NCBI GenBank assembly: GCA_964658305.1
Contig: OZ210885.1
Coordinates: 6,386,001 to 6,450,000 of the forward strand
From: Leptogorgia sarmentosa
Taxonomy: Eukaryota
Direction: 5' to 3'
DNA: 64,000 nt
Part shown: positions 25,491-39,336 of the stretch, one piece after another
How positions within the stretch are numbered: the first letter of the stretch is position 1
Layout: every line of letters starts with the position of its first letter
Translations under genes and position numbers: made by a program
Notes under the pieces: model-generated
Told to the model about the DNA's origin: nothing
The model's input: the letters and a program-made list of their open reading frames with translations, nothing else
Databases searched by the model: none

Positions 25491-26131
25491 ATACAAAAAT
25501 GAAACACATTCGACGATCATGATCAGTGGGACCATTACGTTATACGTTTTTCCATGCATGCAAATACAGTCAGCGCTGATTGTTTTACTTTTTTTTGTAT
25601 TTTACTGAAATACTCAGTGATCCCTATAACTATACCGAAGATGAACAAAAAAACTTTGAATTTTCTAATTTGGCAAATTCTAATCCAAAATTTCGATTAG
25701 AGCACATATATCGAATAAACTGGTGCAAGGTATTTACAATTAAACAGAGACTGGACTACCTTGCGCAAACGTTTTTCTTCTTTGGTTGTCACTAAATGTA
25801 GGAGCAAAAATAAATCTAGATATATTCTCACCATGCATTTATATTCCAAGTTGGTATATTGACTAAAACCAGTGTAAATATTATTATTACCTGACGCTGA
25901 AGAGTTCGGGAAAAGGTTAGCATATAAACCAACTTTACCGCAAAAACAACTTTCCAGCACAATGGGGAGGGGCAGAACAATAACTACTGCATTAGCATTA
26001 ACATTAACAGCATCAGCATCATAAGCATATGAAAGCTTCATAGGCTTAATGTGGTTCATAATACACAAACTGGGAACCATAATTTGCCATTTCATTATAC
26101 ATGCCCGATGTTGTACAGTGTCTATCCTCAC

Positions 26132-26200
26132 CTTATTCTTCGCGTCCAGTTGGGCACCTTTCTCTACCAGGCATTTCACGACGTCAACATGTCCTTTTGA
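26132..26200 (-). pseudogene. Isolated partial ankyrin-repeat exon
   Basis: KGHVDVVKCLVEKGAQLDAKNK followed by a GTGAG donor. Confidence 0.65.
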
Positions 26201-26391
26201 CGTCTGTCCGACGTCAAACTAAAAACAAACGTATGACTAATCAATGCTTTGAATGTTTGTATTGGTAAAGTTTGTAGTTTACACCACATAATTTTATTAT
26301 CGCAAAGCTTTTGATCTGTAAGCCCAGATCTTCACCAGTGCCAATAATATCTTGTAAGATATTATTATAATATTATAGGATAAGATATTAT

Positions 26392-26571
26392 AAATTTTTG
26401 ACCAAAACTGTGATGATAAATGTAAACACATACCTTTCACATGTCGAATTTGTTTTCTTTTTCGGAACCTCCAGGGTTTGTTGGTCCTGAAGGTAGCTGA
26501 TGGTTTTTGAACTGATGGTCCTTGGGTCATTGATGGTTCTTTGGTTATGGGTGGTTCTTGGGTTATGGGTG
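26392..26571. repeat. Direct copy of ~24967-25150
   Basis: Shared AAATTTTTGACCAAAACTGTGATGATAAATG... sequence and QEPPIT-coding repeats. Confidence 0.9.
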
Positions 26572-26724
26572 GCAAACTAGATACTTTTCTGTCTAAGCAT
26601 AACTTGTATATCCATAGACCTACACATTTAGTTGATAAAATTCAGGTTCAACTATTTACAAAATGAAAAGGAATGTTTTGCACTGTTTGAGCTAAAATAT
26701 AACAATCGAGTTGATGTTCGCGGG
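26572..26724. repeat. ~150-bp inverted repeat, right copy
   Basis: Reverse complement of 22750-22901. Confidence 0.95.
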
Positions 26725-27599
26725 CATGAAAGTTCATTTTATCATGCTATGGGATATTTTAGGGGGTATTTACAACGACAAAAACTCATAAGTAACAACA
26801 AAGTTTCATCAGTATGAACAAAACAAAACATTCTCTGCGAAAAATTTCGGTGTCTAAAGCATATTTTAACCATGTTTGTATCGTAAAATGAACGAGAAAA
26901 TAAATAATTTTAATAAGTTTACCTTTTTTGTGGTAATGTTGAGTGGGAAAGCGTCAATATTGAAGCAAATGCGTCAATATTGAAAGGGTTTTCGTAGGAG
27001 TTCCGCACATTACAGGAAATTTAGAGCGAAAAGTTTTTCAAAATAGGGTGGCAGCGTGGCAATATTAATGGCAACTGAACGGGAATGGACGGCAATCCAG
27101 TCCAGCGGGACGAAAATTCTGTTCTGAAATTCGTACAATTCTGCACAATCAATATAAACACATAGTGGCCGACCCTGTGGTCCACCAGCCTAACTTTCTT
27201 CTCAATGTCTTACCCTAAACTGCAAATCTAATTCGAGATCCCAGTCTTGAAAATAAAAAAATATGAAAAAGTCTCACCATAAATTAATTTCACTGAAGTT
27301 CAGATCCCAGTCTCGAAAATCAAAATTAACTTAATTCAAGATCCCAATCTTGTAAATCAAAGTGAACTTAAGTCCAGATCCCAGTCTCGAAAATCAAAAA
27401 TTAAACAGAGGAGGAATGAAGCCCTCCAGAAAAAGAATGAAAAGGAAAGCAGAAGAATCAGGTATCGGCCAAGCACCTCTACCTGACGACAGACACACAC
27501 AGCAAGACAGGTCGTGATCCCAGTTTTCGAGACTGGATCATTTGTGTCAAAAAGCAAGTGTGTTTACAGAATTGTGGTGTAGTGTAATCATATAAATTT

Positions 27600-28970
27600 T
27601 AATCTTGTATTTCCTAATATCCATCTCCTTATGGATCCTCATCATAGCCAACCCATTTAGGGAGTTCAGAAACCATCGTACTCCTTTTAGAGTCCTTTAA
27701 CTCTCACAATACTGAGATAGAGTGTTCACACTCGCAAGATGTAATTGGAAGCATACCAAGAATACAAAGAATCACTTTAATATTCTCAAAGGCTTCAGGC
27801 TTTATTGCCTTTAAAGTTGATGCGATTATGTCTGGGAGTGGTCTTGTATAATCCTCCCAATACATCTGTCAAATCAACAACTCGTTCTCTAATGTTAAAT
27901 GATTCGGTGAATCATCATAATAGAAGTTGGTGGTTGCCATCAATTTTTCCTTCCAATCAATTCCGCTATTTAAAAGATAAATCCTCTCACTTGGCACAAT
28001 GCTAAGTCCATTATAAACATTTATACTCTAAATATTGAAGCAAGCCTGTAATGAAGAGTTAAGGTGGTCTATCATTGGAATTGTATATGTTCGCTTATTG
28101 TACTCTGACACAGCTTTAAAAAGCGTATTATCACGGGTTGTCTGTTTACTTGCAGTTCTTAATTTTGTGTCATCAACATTAACCACACCCAGCAAGTGCC
28201 AAAGCTCCATCATGCCATTTACTATGGTATGAATCAATAGAGTTCCTCTTGGTCATAACAACATTTTTCAAAGAATTTATAAGGTGAATTCCATCCATGA
28301 TGTCAATGCTCTTCCCCCTGAAGCAACTCATTGACACCAATGGTGGGCTTGAAAATAAAGCAAAAATGAATGAAAATTTTTTGATGAGACCAAGTAAGTC
28401 AGATGCCTCACTGGAAACATTAGGACTGTGCTGACATTCTTTATTTATTTTCACTTCTGTTCAAGTTTGAAAAACAGATCCTGAAAATTATCTAGACCAT
28501 TAACCGTTTCAACCCATCTTGTTCTGCAAACGTCAACCAACTTCTTTTTCTGAACAATTGACCCTGGAGCAAAGGAGGAGATGGGTATTTTTTTCCATAG
28601 GGATTTGAAGTGTTTGAGATATATTAAAAAATCAGACACTTTTTTAACCCTAGTAAGAATCGATTTATCTGAACCGGTTATCTGAATTGTTTCACAGATA
28701 GCCAAATTTAGCCTATGGCTATAGCAGGTGGGTGTATATGGCTTTGTCATTCAACCTTAGCAGGTGAGCAGATAGCTGTTAATATGGCCAGCACCGTCAT
28801 ATCCCTGGCCACAGCAGTCAGCAACAGCAAGTTGTTCCCCTTTCAAACCGAACTGTCAATCAAGAAATCCAACAAACTCCTCCGTTATATTCATTTCCTG
28901 ATCAAGGAAACATCACAATGGGTCTTACAAATTCATTGTAACACAAGAGACATCTGTTCTGTTTGAAATG
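27600..28970 (-). pseudogene. Highly degraded hAT transposase (THAP12/ZMYM1-like type)
   Basis: CYSHRLNL, KLVDVCRTRWVE and RTYTIPMIDHL found in several frames. Confidence 0.7.
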
Positions 28971-28976
28971 TCCCTA

Positions 28977-29200
28977 CACTGTAAAAACATACAGTATTGG
29001 TTGAAATGACCAAAAAAAATTGGTCACCTGGATGCATCTGAGAGAACCAATCAAAATTGGCCATTTTTACCAATAAAATTAACCAATAACTAATTGGTCA
29101 TTTTAACCAGTAATAATTGGTTAATATAAACAAATATTTTGGTTGTTTTAACCAATTGATTAATGGTTAATTTAATTGGTTCAAGGAACCAATTAAATTT
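28977..29200. mobile_element. EnSpm/CACTA-type terminus with subterminal repeats
   Basis: CACTGTAAAAA followed by many AACCAA/TTGGT motifs in both orientations, just 3' of a SAMD3-like gene. Confidence 0.6.
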
Positions 29201-30503
29201 TAGTTTATTCCTCAGATGAATCTGCAGATGACCAGTCGTACCTCGGGGGTATTGTGCATTGAATGCATAGTACAATGCCATTAAACAAATTACGGAATTC
29301 AAGATGGTGATCTTTTTAAATTTGGCGACAACCATTCCCTCTGCAACCAGCAGCAATGTATGGAGGTCACCAATTGTTCCAGTTGACAGGAGTCTTGGTG
29401 ATGTGCAGTCTGCCACCCTTTTGTTCACTTCACCCACTGTGTCATCCTGTGAATTGTAAACAAAATCAGAAATTTAAATATCAATCAGGCATTTGCCTTT
29501 ACATGGCTCACATTCTCATTCTATTTAGAAACATTAAACTTACATCAAGAATCTCCCAAAAAAGCTCCCCAGTTTTACTTTGGTGGGTGTGCCTGTCTCC
29601 AAGTGCAAATGGAAGGGACACCATAATGCATCTGTCTTCCATCTCTAAAATTGCAAAATATAATATATTTCATTTTGGTGAACCAAAATAACTTCATTTA
29701 ACTGATTGGTGACAATTCCATTCTCAATTTTTTAACGTTTTCTACTCAGGCACATACCCCTTTCATCTTCTGCTGTGAAATCGTCAATGCTAGCAAGAAT
29801 GCCATGGATTTCCCTGTTTTGGGATTTTTTCTGGGCCGACAGGATCTTTTGTTTGTTGAGGTTCCATCATCCTTGCATGTCCTTAACAATTTCTTCTTTC
29901 TCCAAAATGCTTCCCAATTCTGTTTTCAACTAAAAATATGACAAATTTTTAAATGATCAATATTGTTTACCTGAGTGGCTTTAAGACATAACAGAAATAC
30001 ATATTCACTGTACTGTTGATACTGAGACACAAATTACTGAAAAGCCTAACCTCAATTCCTTTAGCATTCTCCAAGAAAGAGTAATCATGCAGAATCTTCC
30101 AAACTTGTGTGTTATGTTCCAACACATCTCGTCTTTGTTTTCCAAAAGTGTTGTCCATCAACACTTTAACTTTTTGGAGGTCTTGGGAACCATGGTTGCA
30201 CGACTGAACCAATTGCTTCCTTTGCTCCTCCAATGTCTCGTCAGTCTCTCCATCAGGAAATGGAGGCAATACATCAACAACAGCAACCTTTATTTTCTTA
30301 CGACCAGGTTTTCCTTTCGGAATTACAATGCCTTCCTCCAAAAACTTTCTTTTCTCATTCCGTGCATATCGCCTCCTTAGGTTGAGCACTCTTTCTTGAA
30401 TTTTTTTTGCCCAAAATTGCTGCAAGATAAGTTTATTTTACACAGTTAGCAAAACATTGGTAACAAGAAACCAATCACTTTACTTTTAACAGTTTTACCT
30501 TAA

Positions 30504-32754
30504 AGTGCTACTGTGGTGAAAACTCATGATAAAAAAAGACCACCATTCATGAACAAATAGCCTTAGTATTGTGCCACAAGCGCTTCTGCAAAATTACAAG
30601 CGAATGTAACGAACAACCGCAGATTTATGAGCATTTGAAATGTCTAAAATCGCTGTCCGCCATTAAAATGCGCCATCTTGAAAATATTGCGCCGCGAAAG
30701 TTTGTGACGTCATAGTCTTAATGCACAACATGAGCGCAAGTTGAATACCATACAAAATGTACAGTGCGCTTTTATATGGTATCGGTTTTCTAACGTTTTA
30801 TTAGCCTGTCACCTCATCTATGATCGCACTGCAAACTCAGCTTAATCAATAATACTGATGGTTTCTTACTAGCACGAATTTATGTCCCTTCAGACTTTGG
30901 CAGTCACGCTTGAAGATCCTTTCTTTCAGCTATAGAAGATTGCATGCCATTGATGTTATATGTCAGCCGTGATTTGAACAATGAAAAAATCCTATATCAT
31001 TGCTGCAATGAGCCACAGAATCATACGTGCACTGATTTCTTGAACAATTATAGTAACGATACACAATACAGGGTGTATAAAAAAAAACGCAATCCTACGT
31101 TCAAATGCAATTTTCATAACGAAAAGTAATAGAAAATAGGCTATATTTACCACCGTTAGAAAGCTCTATCATTCCGCTTTCTTAAGACTGCTTGTTTGTT
31201 AAATTTGAGTTGGAAATGAGCGAGTAATGATATTTTTAGTAAGTGTGATTGGACAATTTAAAATTTGAGATAGCTTGAATTTTATTAAAAATTTAACTTT
31301 AGTTGGTTACAATCATTCAACGTGGCCTGGCTTTCTCAGCACACACAAATCACTTCGGCGTTGTATTTCCCGTGCAACTCCTCTTATTAGTTCATGATTT
31401 CCATGTAAAGCATCTGCTTCAAGCTGTATCTGCCGGTATTTACGTATGTTACGCCAAACGGTCGTCGAATTTGGGACTTGTCGATCCGGAAAAGCTATTC
31501 GAAACAATCTTAACTTCCTGAATACTTTTTGTTACAAAGTAACCTTCAACAATAAAAGTTATTTCTGCTGTAGTGAGCTGTGGCATGATGCCTAAGACTT
31601 TAAAATTATTTCGCGAAAATATTTCAAACAAAATATTCGCATGCAACGATAACGTCCCCTTCGGAATTAAGAACGTCGAATTCGAAGCATCTAAAAATGA
31701 CTCCTTGCAGTAAATCACTTATTTTGAAGTCCTAAATGGCCTAAAAAGTCACAATCGACCACTTATTGAGTAGAAAAAAGATAGGGCTAAAACATGAACT
31801 AAAAGTTAAGACATGGAAATCTATATTATTTTGGTTATAAAGCCTTAAACTTGGATTGCGTTTTTTTTTATACACCCTGTATATCAGGATGACGATGGCT
31901 GGAAAAAGACCTTTTTTCCCTAAAATGTTTGCTGTGTCTTAAATGGACATTGGTAATTTGAGGAGGCCAAAACACCTCAGAGACATTTGTCTATTGCTTC
32001 TATGTTCTTAGTATTTAATACTGAAGTATAGGCTGGCATTAAAATATCCCCATACAGTTTTGAGTTAGGAATCGAATACAGACAACAGCGAAGCCTCACG
32101 TAAACTGAGCCTGTTAGATGGTATTGCACGAAATATGGCTGCTGTTTAATAACTGAGTAATATAACCATATGCTATAATTTCAATCATTGTAAACCAAGC
32201 TACTTTTTTTCAAATAGCATAGCGCAGAAAGAGGAGTCTTGTCACACGTATCATTTTAACTGTCCAATCAGCTAAGAAATAGTGCGAACAAATCGTACAG
32301 TGTAAACAGTGCAATGAGCAAAATTTCCGCAAATGTAAAATTGACGCGGTTTCTTTGCGCAAACTTCGCTCAGATTTCCCTCTAAGATTGCGGCTCGTAT
32401 GTAATTATATGTACCAGTAGATTTTGAGGCATTCCTCTAGAACAAAATGCGTTGAATGAACGTTCGAAAAGGGTGAATTTTGGCAGTATTACGGACCTTG
32501 ATATACTGTATTATACTACCGATTTTAACACAGACAAAGGTTGAGTTAAGACTATGACGTCAAAGACCTCCGAAGTGGTTGACCTTTCAATATGGCGGAT
32601 TTTAATGGCGGCTGTAAAAATTCGAAATTTATCTTCGTGTAACTGCGTGACTATTTGAGATATTGCGCTAAAATTTTGCGAAACAACTTCTCTATACGCG
32701 ATCTTTACATTAATGCGAAAAATAGAAAAATGAAAATTTCACCACAGTAGCACT
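30504..32754. mobile_element. Non-autonomous Kolobok-type element
   Basis: Perfect TIR AGTGCTACTGTGGTGAAA / TTTCACCACAGTAGCACT; TTAA TSD (30500-03 / 32755-58); inverted subterminal CCGCCATTAAAAT and TGACGTCA motifs. Confidence 0.85.
31069..31879 (-). mobile_element. Internally deleted Tc1/mariner element
   Basis: TIR CAGGGTGTATAAAAAAAAAACGCAATCC at both ends; TA TSD; N-terminal HTH (FIVEGYF..FPDRQVPNSTTVWRNIRKY) fused to the C-terminal RRSDLCV..GHVE with the DDE core absent. Confidence 0.88.
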
Positions 32755-33000
32755 TTAAACATTTTTTTGATGACTGGAATTTAATTGGGACTAGTTTAAA
32801 CACAAATACATATATGATAAGTATCATTGTACATACATGTCCTGCTCCAAAGCTCCCGTTCAAAAATGGATACTTTTCCACAAGTAACAAAGAAATGTGA
32901 TTTCTTTCACAAGAGTCTGGTGAGGGAGTGTGTGCCAAAATTGATGACACAAGCTGTCTCACCAGAGCACTCTTTTCTGTTGGAGTTTTCACGTTGCTGA

Positions 33001-35070
33001 TTGCAACAACACCTGCAAGAACTGCAAGACATGCCTGAAGTAAGTACCAGAGATAAAGTAGAACGCTTTATTACTGAACAGTGCGATGTCACAATGCAAT
33101 TCAGAGATAACCATGCTGATGTTCCCCCAGCTGCCCATCAACATGCTCCTGCACCTGGTCTGGTAGATCCCCCGGATCCCCATACATTCGCAGCCTATCC
33201 CCAACAATCCCAAAATACCCATCATGGACTGCACCACAACAACCAGGGTGCCACTGCCTACCCACCAACGCCTCAAGTTGCTCTGATAAATATTTCTCGA
33301 GAAGGGGAGCCACTATCCCACTGCCCAGCAGGCCTTAATCCCAATGCTCTTGAATACAATGCTAACAATCGCAGCCCACAGTCAGCTCCCGGAAACGAAA
33401 CAAAGTCGTTATGTGAACTTTATGGCTAGACGAGAACTAATCGCGAACAAAATAGAGAAATTCGATGATAACCCCGTGAACTATCATACGTGGAAGGCAT
33501 CATTCAAAAACATGATTAGGAACGTTGGAATAACTCCAAGCGAGGAATTTTCCTTGCTTGTCGAGTACACTACCCTAACATCTAAGTTGCTAGTTCAAAG
33601 ACTCCGAAACGCATACATAGGAAAACCACACGAGGGGATCGCAGAGCTTTGGAAGAAACTAGACGAACAGTACGGATGCAGTTCAATATTGGTGAAAGCG
33701 CACTTGGAGAAATTGTCATCATTTTCGAAGATCAGCTATAAGGACAATCGGAAGTTACAGGAATTCTCAGACCTCTTGTTAGAATTAAATTCCGCGAAGA
33801 AAGACGGTGTGTTGTCTGGATTGAGAGTGTTGGACGAACCAATCTACCTTTAGCCTGTTATTGCTAAATTGCCCGGAGACGTTCAAGGAAGATGGCAGCG
33901 GCATGCCTTTCGCTTTATGAGTGCTAAAAAAATTCCTTACCCACCATTTAACGAATTTACTCACTTTATCGGAGAAGTATCTCGAGAGAAGAATGATCCT
34001 AATCTACGCCTGCATTCGCCAGATGACAGCGTGAACTTAGAAAGCAATCGGGCCGAAAACGGGGCTCGAGACTACGAAAAGGAAAATCTTGTTCAAAGAT
34101 ATGTTTAGCAAACGTGTACATCAAGGGACAGCCGGAACTGAAGACTAAAGCTTATATTGTTGTCGATAACCAGAGTAATTGCTCATTAGCAAAATCCGAA
34201 CTGTTCAATAAGTTGAACGTTACGGGACACACCTTTAAATATACGTTACAAACATGCGCAGACAGAAAGAGGTTGAAGGAAGACGAGCCAGAGGTGTCGT
34301 GGTGGAATCGTTGGTCCTACTCGATTCCGTGTCTAGTAGAATGTAACGAAATTCCCGATAACAAGGACGAAATTGCAACCCCTCAGGTCGCCTTATCACA
34401 CCGCCATCTCCGTCTGATCGCTAGTAAGATTCCCGAGATAGAGAGTGACGTTGACGTCCCGTTGTTAGTGGGAAGAGACGTACCACAACTGCATAAATTC
34501 CACGAGTCTGTAACCGAACCTTTTCTGGTCTCGTTGGAGGAAGGAGTTTCTGCCAACATTGCACATGGCAGCCGCGACGCAAGTGGCAGCGTGATTCGCC
34601 GAATATGAAGGAAGGTGATGTAGTCTTTTACATGAAAAAGAAACTCACAGAAATGACTGGCCGCTTGCTCGAGTGATCAAGACATACCCGAGTGCTGATG
34701 GAACAGTCCAAAAGGTCGACGTGGAAACAGCGCGCGAACGAAACAAAAAGCGATACTTGAGACCGATCACTGAAATCGTGCTATGGTGCAGTGCTGCAGA
34801 ACTGAACAACAAAAGCTAGACACTACAACGTGGATGACTTCATATATACTAAACATTATAACAGAGGATAGAGTAATTTAGTGGCAGGGTTGCCAGAAAG
34901 CATGAATAAATAAGCCAAACCGTCATTAGCACGTTCAAGAAAACAATCAAAACAAAAGGCAAACACAAAGAAAAACAAAGAGCATTGTTGAAAGTTTGGC
35001 TTATTTATTCACGATTTCTGGCAACCCTGTTTAGTGGTACATTGTACCAGGTGAGGAGTGTTCTGGCCCT
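33001..35070 (+). mobile_element. Deleted BEL/Pao retrotransposon (gag, protease, integrase tail, PPT and LTR start)
   Basis: KFDDNPVNYHTWKASF (DUF1759-like), VVDNQSNCSLA, EGDVV...RNDWPLARV...RPITEIV; CCAGGTGAGGAG followed by TGTTCTGG near 35059. Confidence 0.85.
34885..35029. mobile_element. hAT-type MITE (145 bp)
   Basis: TIR CAGGGTTGCCAGAAA / TTTCTGGCAACCCTG; 8-bp TSD TTTAGTGG. Confidence 0.92.
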
Positions 35071-36291
35071 AGGGGCAACAGTTCATATTGTTTAGCTACC
35101 CGTTTTCGCGGGCTTTATTTATTTCAGGCAGGCTATTGGCTGGCGTAAGTGGTGTGATTCTCCGACAGTTACGGTCTAGCGCCTTTGTTTTGTGGATTTG
35201 TATTTTTTAGTTGTTTTTACAAGGCATTCTCCTTTACCACTTATTTTAGCTCGATTTTATAAATATCATGTTTTCAAACCATTTCCACTCCTATGAAATA
35301 CAAACACCTTCACTTTCAGCTGATGCTTTCATATTGGAGCCGGAGCAGTTAAAAGTCTACCTTCCAATGCATGTAGTGAAACCATCAGGATGTGAAAACA
35401 GTCCACTATATGTTTCACCAAGTTATTTTCCCCCACAAAGAATGTAGATAGTTTCATACATGAATATATAAGTTTTAAACATGAATAACTACATAATATA
35501 TGAATGTTAATGTTTTAATATAATTTACAAATAAATAATTATTTCATCATTTTTTCGTATGTCTATCAGGAAATAGTTTATAACCGTATCAATGGCCAAA
35601 TCAACCCATTAGATTGATTTGGTTCAGATCTTGTCAGTTTTGGTATTTCATCTCCTACTCTTCAGTAACAGTAGTTGATCTCGAAGTCCCTTTTATCTTC
35701 TGACACTGGTAAGGTAATATGACTATCATCAATTTCATTTCCTGATCTCATTCTATTCTTTTTCTTTTCTTTCTTGGTCTTTCGTTTCCGCTTCGTGCCT
35801 TTTTTTTTTACCGTCTTGAATTTCGTTTGCTAAAATGCCATGTTTACTTCATTTTATTATTAATTTCTAAATGATGATGTTATCGCTAAAGAAGGCAAGT
35901 TTCAAATCTTATATCTATGTCCTTGTCTTCATTGTCATGAATAATGTATGTTTTACTCTGTTTACTTACAGTATATGCACATAATTATATAATTTTTTTA
36001 TATAAAATTAGTTAAAAATACTGCATGGGCCATAAACACAATATGCATGGTATTATACTTGCACTTTTCTTCGCAGGGTAAACCTGCTTTCTTTTTTGTC
36101 GCCTTTATTAATAAAAAGAAAGCCTAAATATTTAGCTAAAAGGCGAAATGCAATTTGAATTGAGATTTTATAAATATTTAAATATGCACACCTGATCATC
36201 CACGCGTTCCGCCATGATTGTACCGATTAGACTAGTACCAGACTTTGCCGAATATTACATATTTAGCCAATTTTGAATTGAAGAAAGAAGA

Positions 36292-37909
36292 TTATGAACG
36301 AACATAATCTTGCAAGCGAATTCTTTGCCTTCGTTTTGGTGTTTGTGTCTCAACATTTTGCAATTCTTTAAGCGCATTGACTATCTTTTCATAGCTCGAC
36401 CAAACAGCTCGAATGGAGTTTGCGCGGGCCACCCAACATGTCGCAGAAAGATTAGTCAAATCTAACACATTTTCAACATCTCCACTAACTTTCTCGCGAA
36501 ACACACTATATCGTTTCGGACTTGACGTAAAAAAGACAAATACTTCCAGCAAAATTTCAAACATATGACACGCAGCTGTACTTGACTCACAGCTATGCTC
36601 CACTGCTGTATTAACACGGTGAGCAAGACAGGGAATGTAAGGAACTTCTCTTCCAAGATGCTCTTTCATTTTTGCTTGACATCCCTTGAAAACACCAGAC
36701 ATGGATGATGTGTATTCGTACGACTGAAATACGATGTTGGCTGTGCTGATGCTGTTTTCATCTAGACCAGCCAGGATTCCTTGTGCATGAACTTCCCGTC
36801 TTATCTTCAATCTCTCGCATATCCACAAGATGCTCTTGTGCATGTCCCTCTTGATCCACATATCTTGCAACCACAGAAAGTTGATCCACATGGGAAACAT
36901 CGGCTGTTGTGTCAGCAATGACGGCAAGCATCTGAGCTTTACATATTTTGGCAATGACTCTGCTCGATACATCATTTGCCAAGAGGCCAATAAACTCATT
37001 CTGAGACCTCGAACTGAGGTAGTCAACTCTCTGCGGTCGCTTTAGGGCGTCAGCTAGCCATCTGCGCAGGATAGGAGAATGTCGTGCCAAAATGTTGACA
37101 ATTTGACGAAAATTTCTGTTTCCATCTTGCTCCGATGAGGATCCATGAAACGCTATCCCTTGACGTGCGAAAGTCCTTGCAACGTAGATTCACGATTGTG
37201 CTTGGTCTTGGCTTCTTCTTTGATCAAATTGCATCTTCGACCTTTATCCAGGAAGAGTTCGATGTTCTAGGATTTCTTCTGGAAGGCAACAAATGCTGCG
37301 AGAGCTGCACGATGACTTGAGCTTGAAAAGTGTTCAGCCAATTTTCAGGCTTCTTTTTCCCGCGACTTTTCATCTTGTGCCAAGCTTTAACGCGGTCTTC
37401 TGCCCATGCTTTAGAGCCTTGATCATGTTTTGTGCCAATACCAGACAGAAACAGCTGGCAAACAAAACAAAACGCTGCATCATTTTTAACTGAATATTTG
37501 AGGTGTGGATAGGTATTGAACCACGCAGATGAAAAATGGCACTGCTTAGATGAAGGAATATCAGGATTAAGTGGATATCTACCAAGTTTTGGTTGGAAAG
37601 GACCTTGTTGGATGACACAAGCTTCGTCTTCATCAGTGAAAATGGGTCTTCTATAGCCTGGACCACGATCAATTCGCACAAATTTAGTAGCAGTTGGTGC
37701 TTCTCCGAATATTTTTTCTTGGGCATTAATTTGTGCCAGCACTTCTCGAGTGTCGTAGAGGAGAGAAGAAGAAATTCGGTTAACTCTTTCTACCACATCA
37801 AGAAATTCGCCGGGCAAGTTTTCGGGCTGTGGCACATCTACATTTTCAATCTTCGACACCAACATTCAGAAGATACATTTGGTTCATCACTTGGCTCATC
37901 AGTTCGAAT
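36292..37909 (-). pseudogene. hAT transposase (TTF zinc finger + DUF4371, ZMYM1-like), frameshifted
   Basis: GPFQP, WFNTYPHLKYS..DAAFCFVC, YLSSRSQNEFI, IADTTADVSHVDQLS and YIPCLAHRVN. Its 5' part probably continues at 39191-39260. Confidence 0.88.
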
Positions 37910-39190
37910 CAGTGGCGAAGCCAGCAGTTTTTGTTTGGTCATGAAAAAAACCCAGCACAATTAGGGGGGTCCTGGGGCATGCTCCCCCGGGAACATTTGG
38001 AAATATAGACCCCCAGAATCGCCATTTCCAGCAATTTTTGCCTTCCCCTGCCATCAAATTGGGGTCACCGCTACTAGAGAACTGAACTAGGTGGATCTCC
38101 CCAATTAAGACTAGGGATCCAAGAATAGTGCAAAGTTTCTAAGAAGACAACTAAGGAAACATTGATATGATAAAATAATCAATATTTTATTGTCAGAAAC
38201 GAACTGGCAATCGCAGCAGCATGCATGTTGAAGCAAATCAGATAAATCTCTGACCTCTGACCTTTTTAAAATTATATACACATTGTACGCGTAGTTACAC
38301 ATGAGCTAAATCATAAAGTGCATGCTACTTCTGCGTCGTAATAAAATATCCAGTTTATTCACAGTATCAGGCCAACGTTGAATTTAGTTTTGTATGCCTC
38401 TATATCGTTTAGTTCTTTTAGTATCGAAAATTATGTAAATCCCCGGCATGTCGTGTAAACAAACAACCCAAGCTTAGTGAAGCCTCGTTAAGTCTAGACT
38501 CTTCGCAGATATATAAAGAACATTTTAACTGTTTTATCAACGTATTCAAACATGTTGGCCACATTATATTATCATCAACTGAACATCATCATTTTCCGGA
38601 TTTTCATTCACTTGCAATGAAGCTTAGAACAGCTTGACATGCTTGATTGACCACGAGAAGACATGTTCATTCAGGCTGAGAGCAAAGAGGCTGTATTCGG
38701 GTTGGTTGCCTGTTAGTCATGCAAATCGAAAATTGCATGACCGAACCCTCAAAATTAGCCGCATTGCGCGTGCGCGAATGCCTTTAACCAATCAGAAACT
38801 AATAAACTTTAATATAAAATAATGCAGCTAGTCATGAAATTTGAAAATGCATGACCACACCACGCAAACCACGCAGCAAATCCACGCAATCGTCTTCCAC
38901 ACGTTTGCGCTAATTGCGCAATCGGTCATGCATGTAAAATCTGCATGACCGCTCTGTTGTCATGGTAACAAAGCAGAAATCAATAACATTTGAGAACACT
39001 TAGTGAAAATATCGATTAAAGACAATTGATTTGGACAGAAAAATGATGAATAAAACACTTCAGTGTAGAAGTGCAAAAATAAAGTATAATTCTATACTGA
39101 ATAATTTTACCAGACTTATTTTTAAACATTTTTGGGGAAATTTTTAAGTCATGCACTGCATGACTTGCATGACCGCTGGCGTCGCCACTG
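37910..39190. mobile_element. Non-autonomous hAT element (1281 bp)
   Basis: TIR CAGTGGCGAAGCCAGC / GCTGGCGTCGCCACTG; 8-bp TSD GTTCGAAT (37902-09 / 39191-98). Confidence 0.92.
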
Positions 39191-39336
39191 GTTCGAATAC
39201 GCTTTTCTATAGTTTCCACAATTTCTTTCTTCAGCTCCTGTCCACGGTCGCTTGTTGCCTACAGACTGTATAATAATACAATAATTATAATTAACATTTA
39301 ACAAATGATAAACATTTTCCTTAGAGCAAGACACTA

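Larger units (their letters stand above)
29215..32992 (-). pseudogene. SAMD3-like multi-exon gene of the kind found in animal EnSpm/CACTA elements, copy 1 (intron holds a Kolobok insertion)
   Basis: Exons LVEKYPFL..GAGH (~32838-32990), FWAKKIQER..LMDNTFGKQRRDVL (~30052-30422) and LMALYYAFNAQYP (~29225-29445); GT/AG boundaries. Confidence 0.7.

Noticed and set aside
27230..27545. Repeated GATCCCAGTCTCGAAAATC motifs
   Set aside because: Probably subterminal repeats of a decayed element, but termini and TSD could not be defined.
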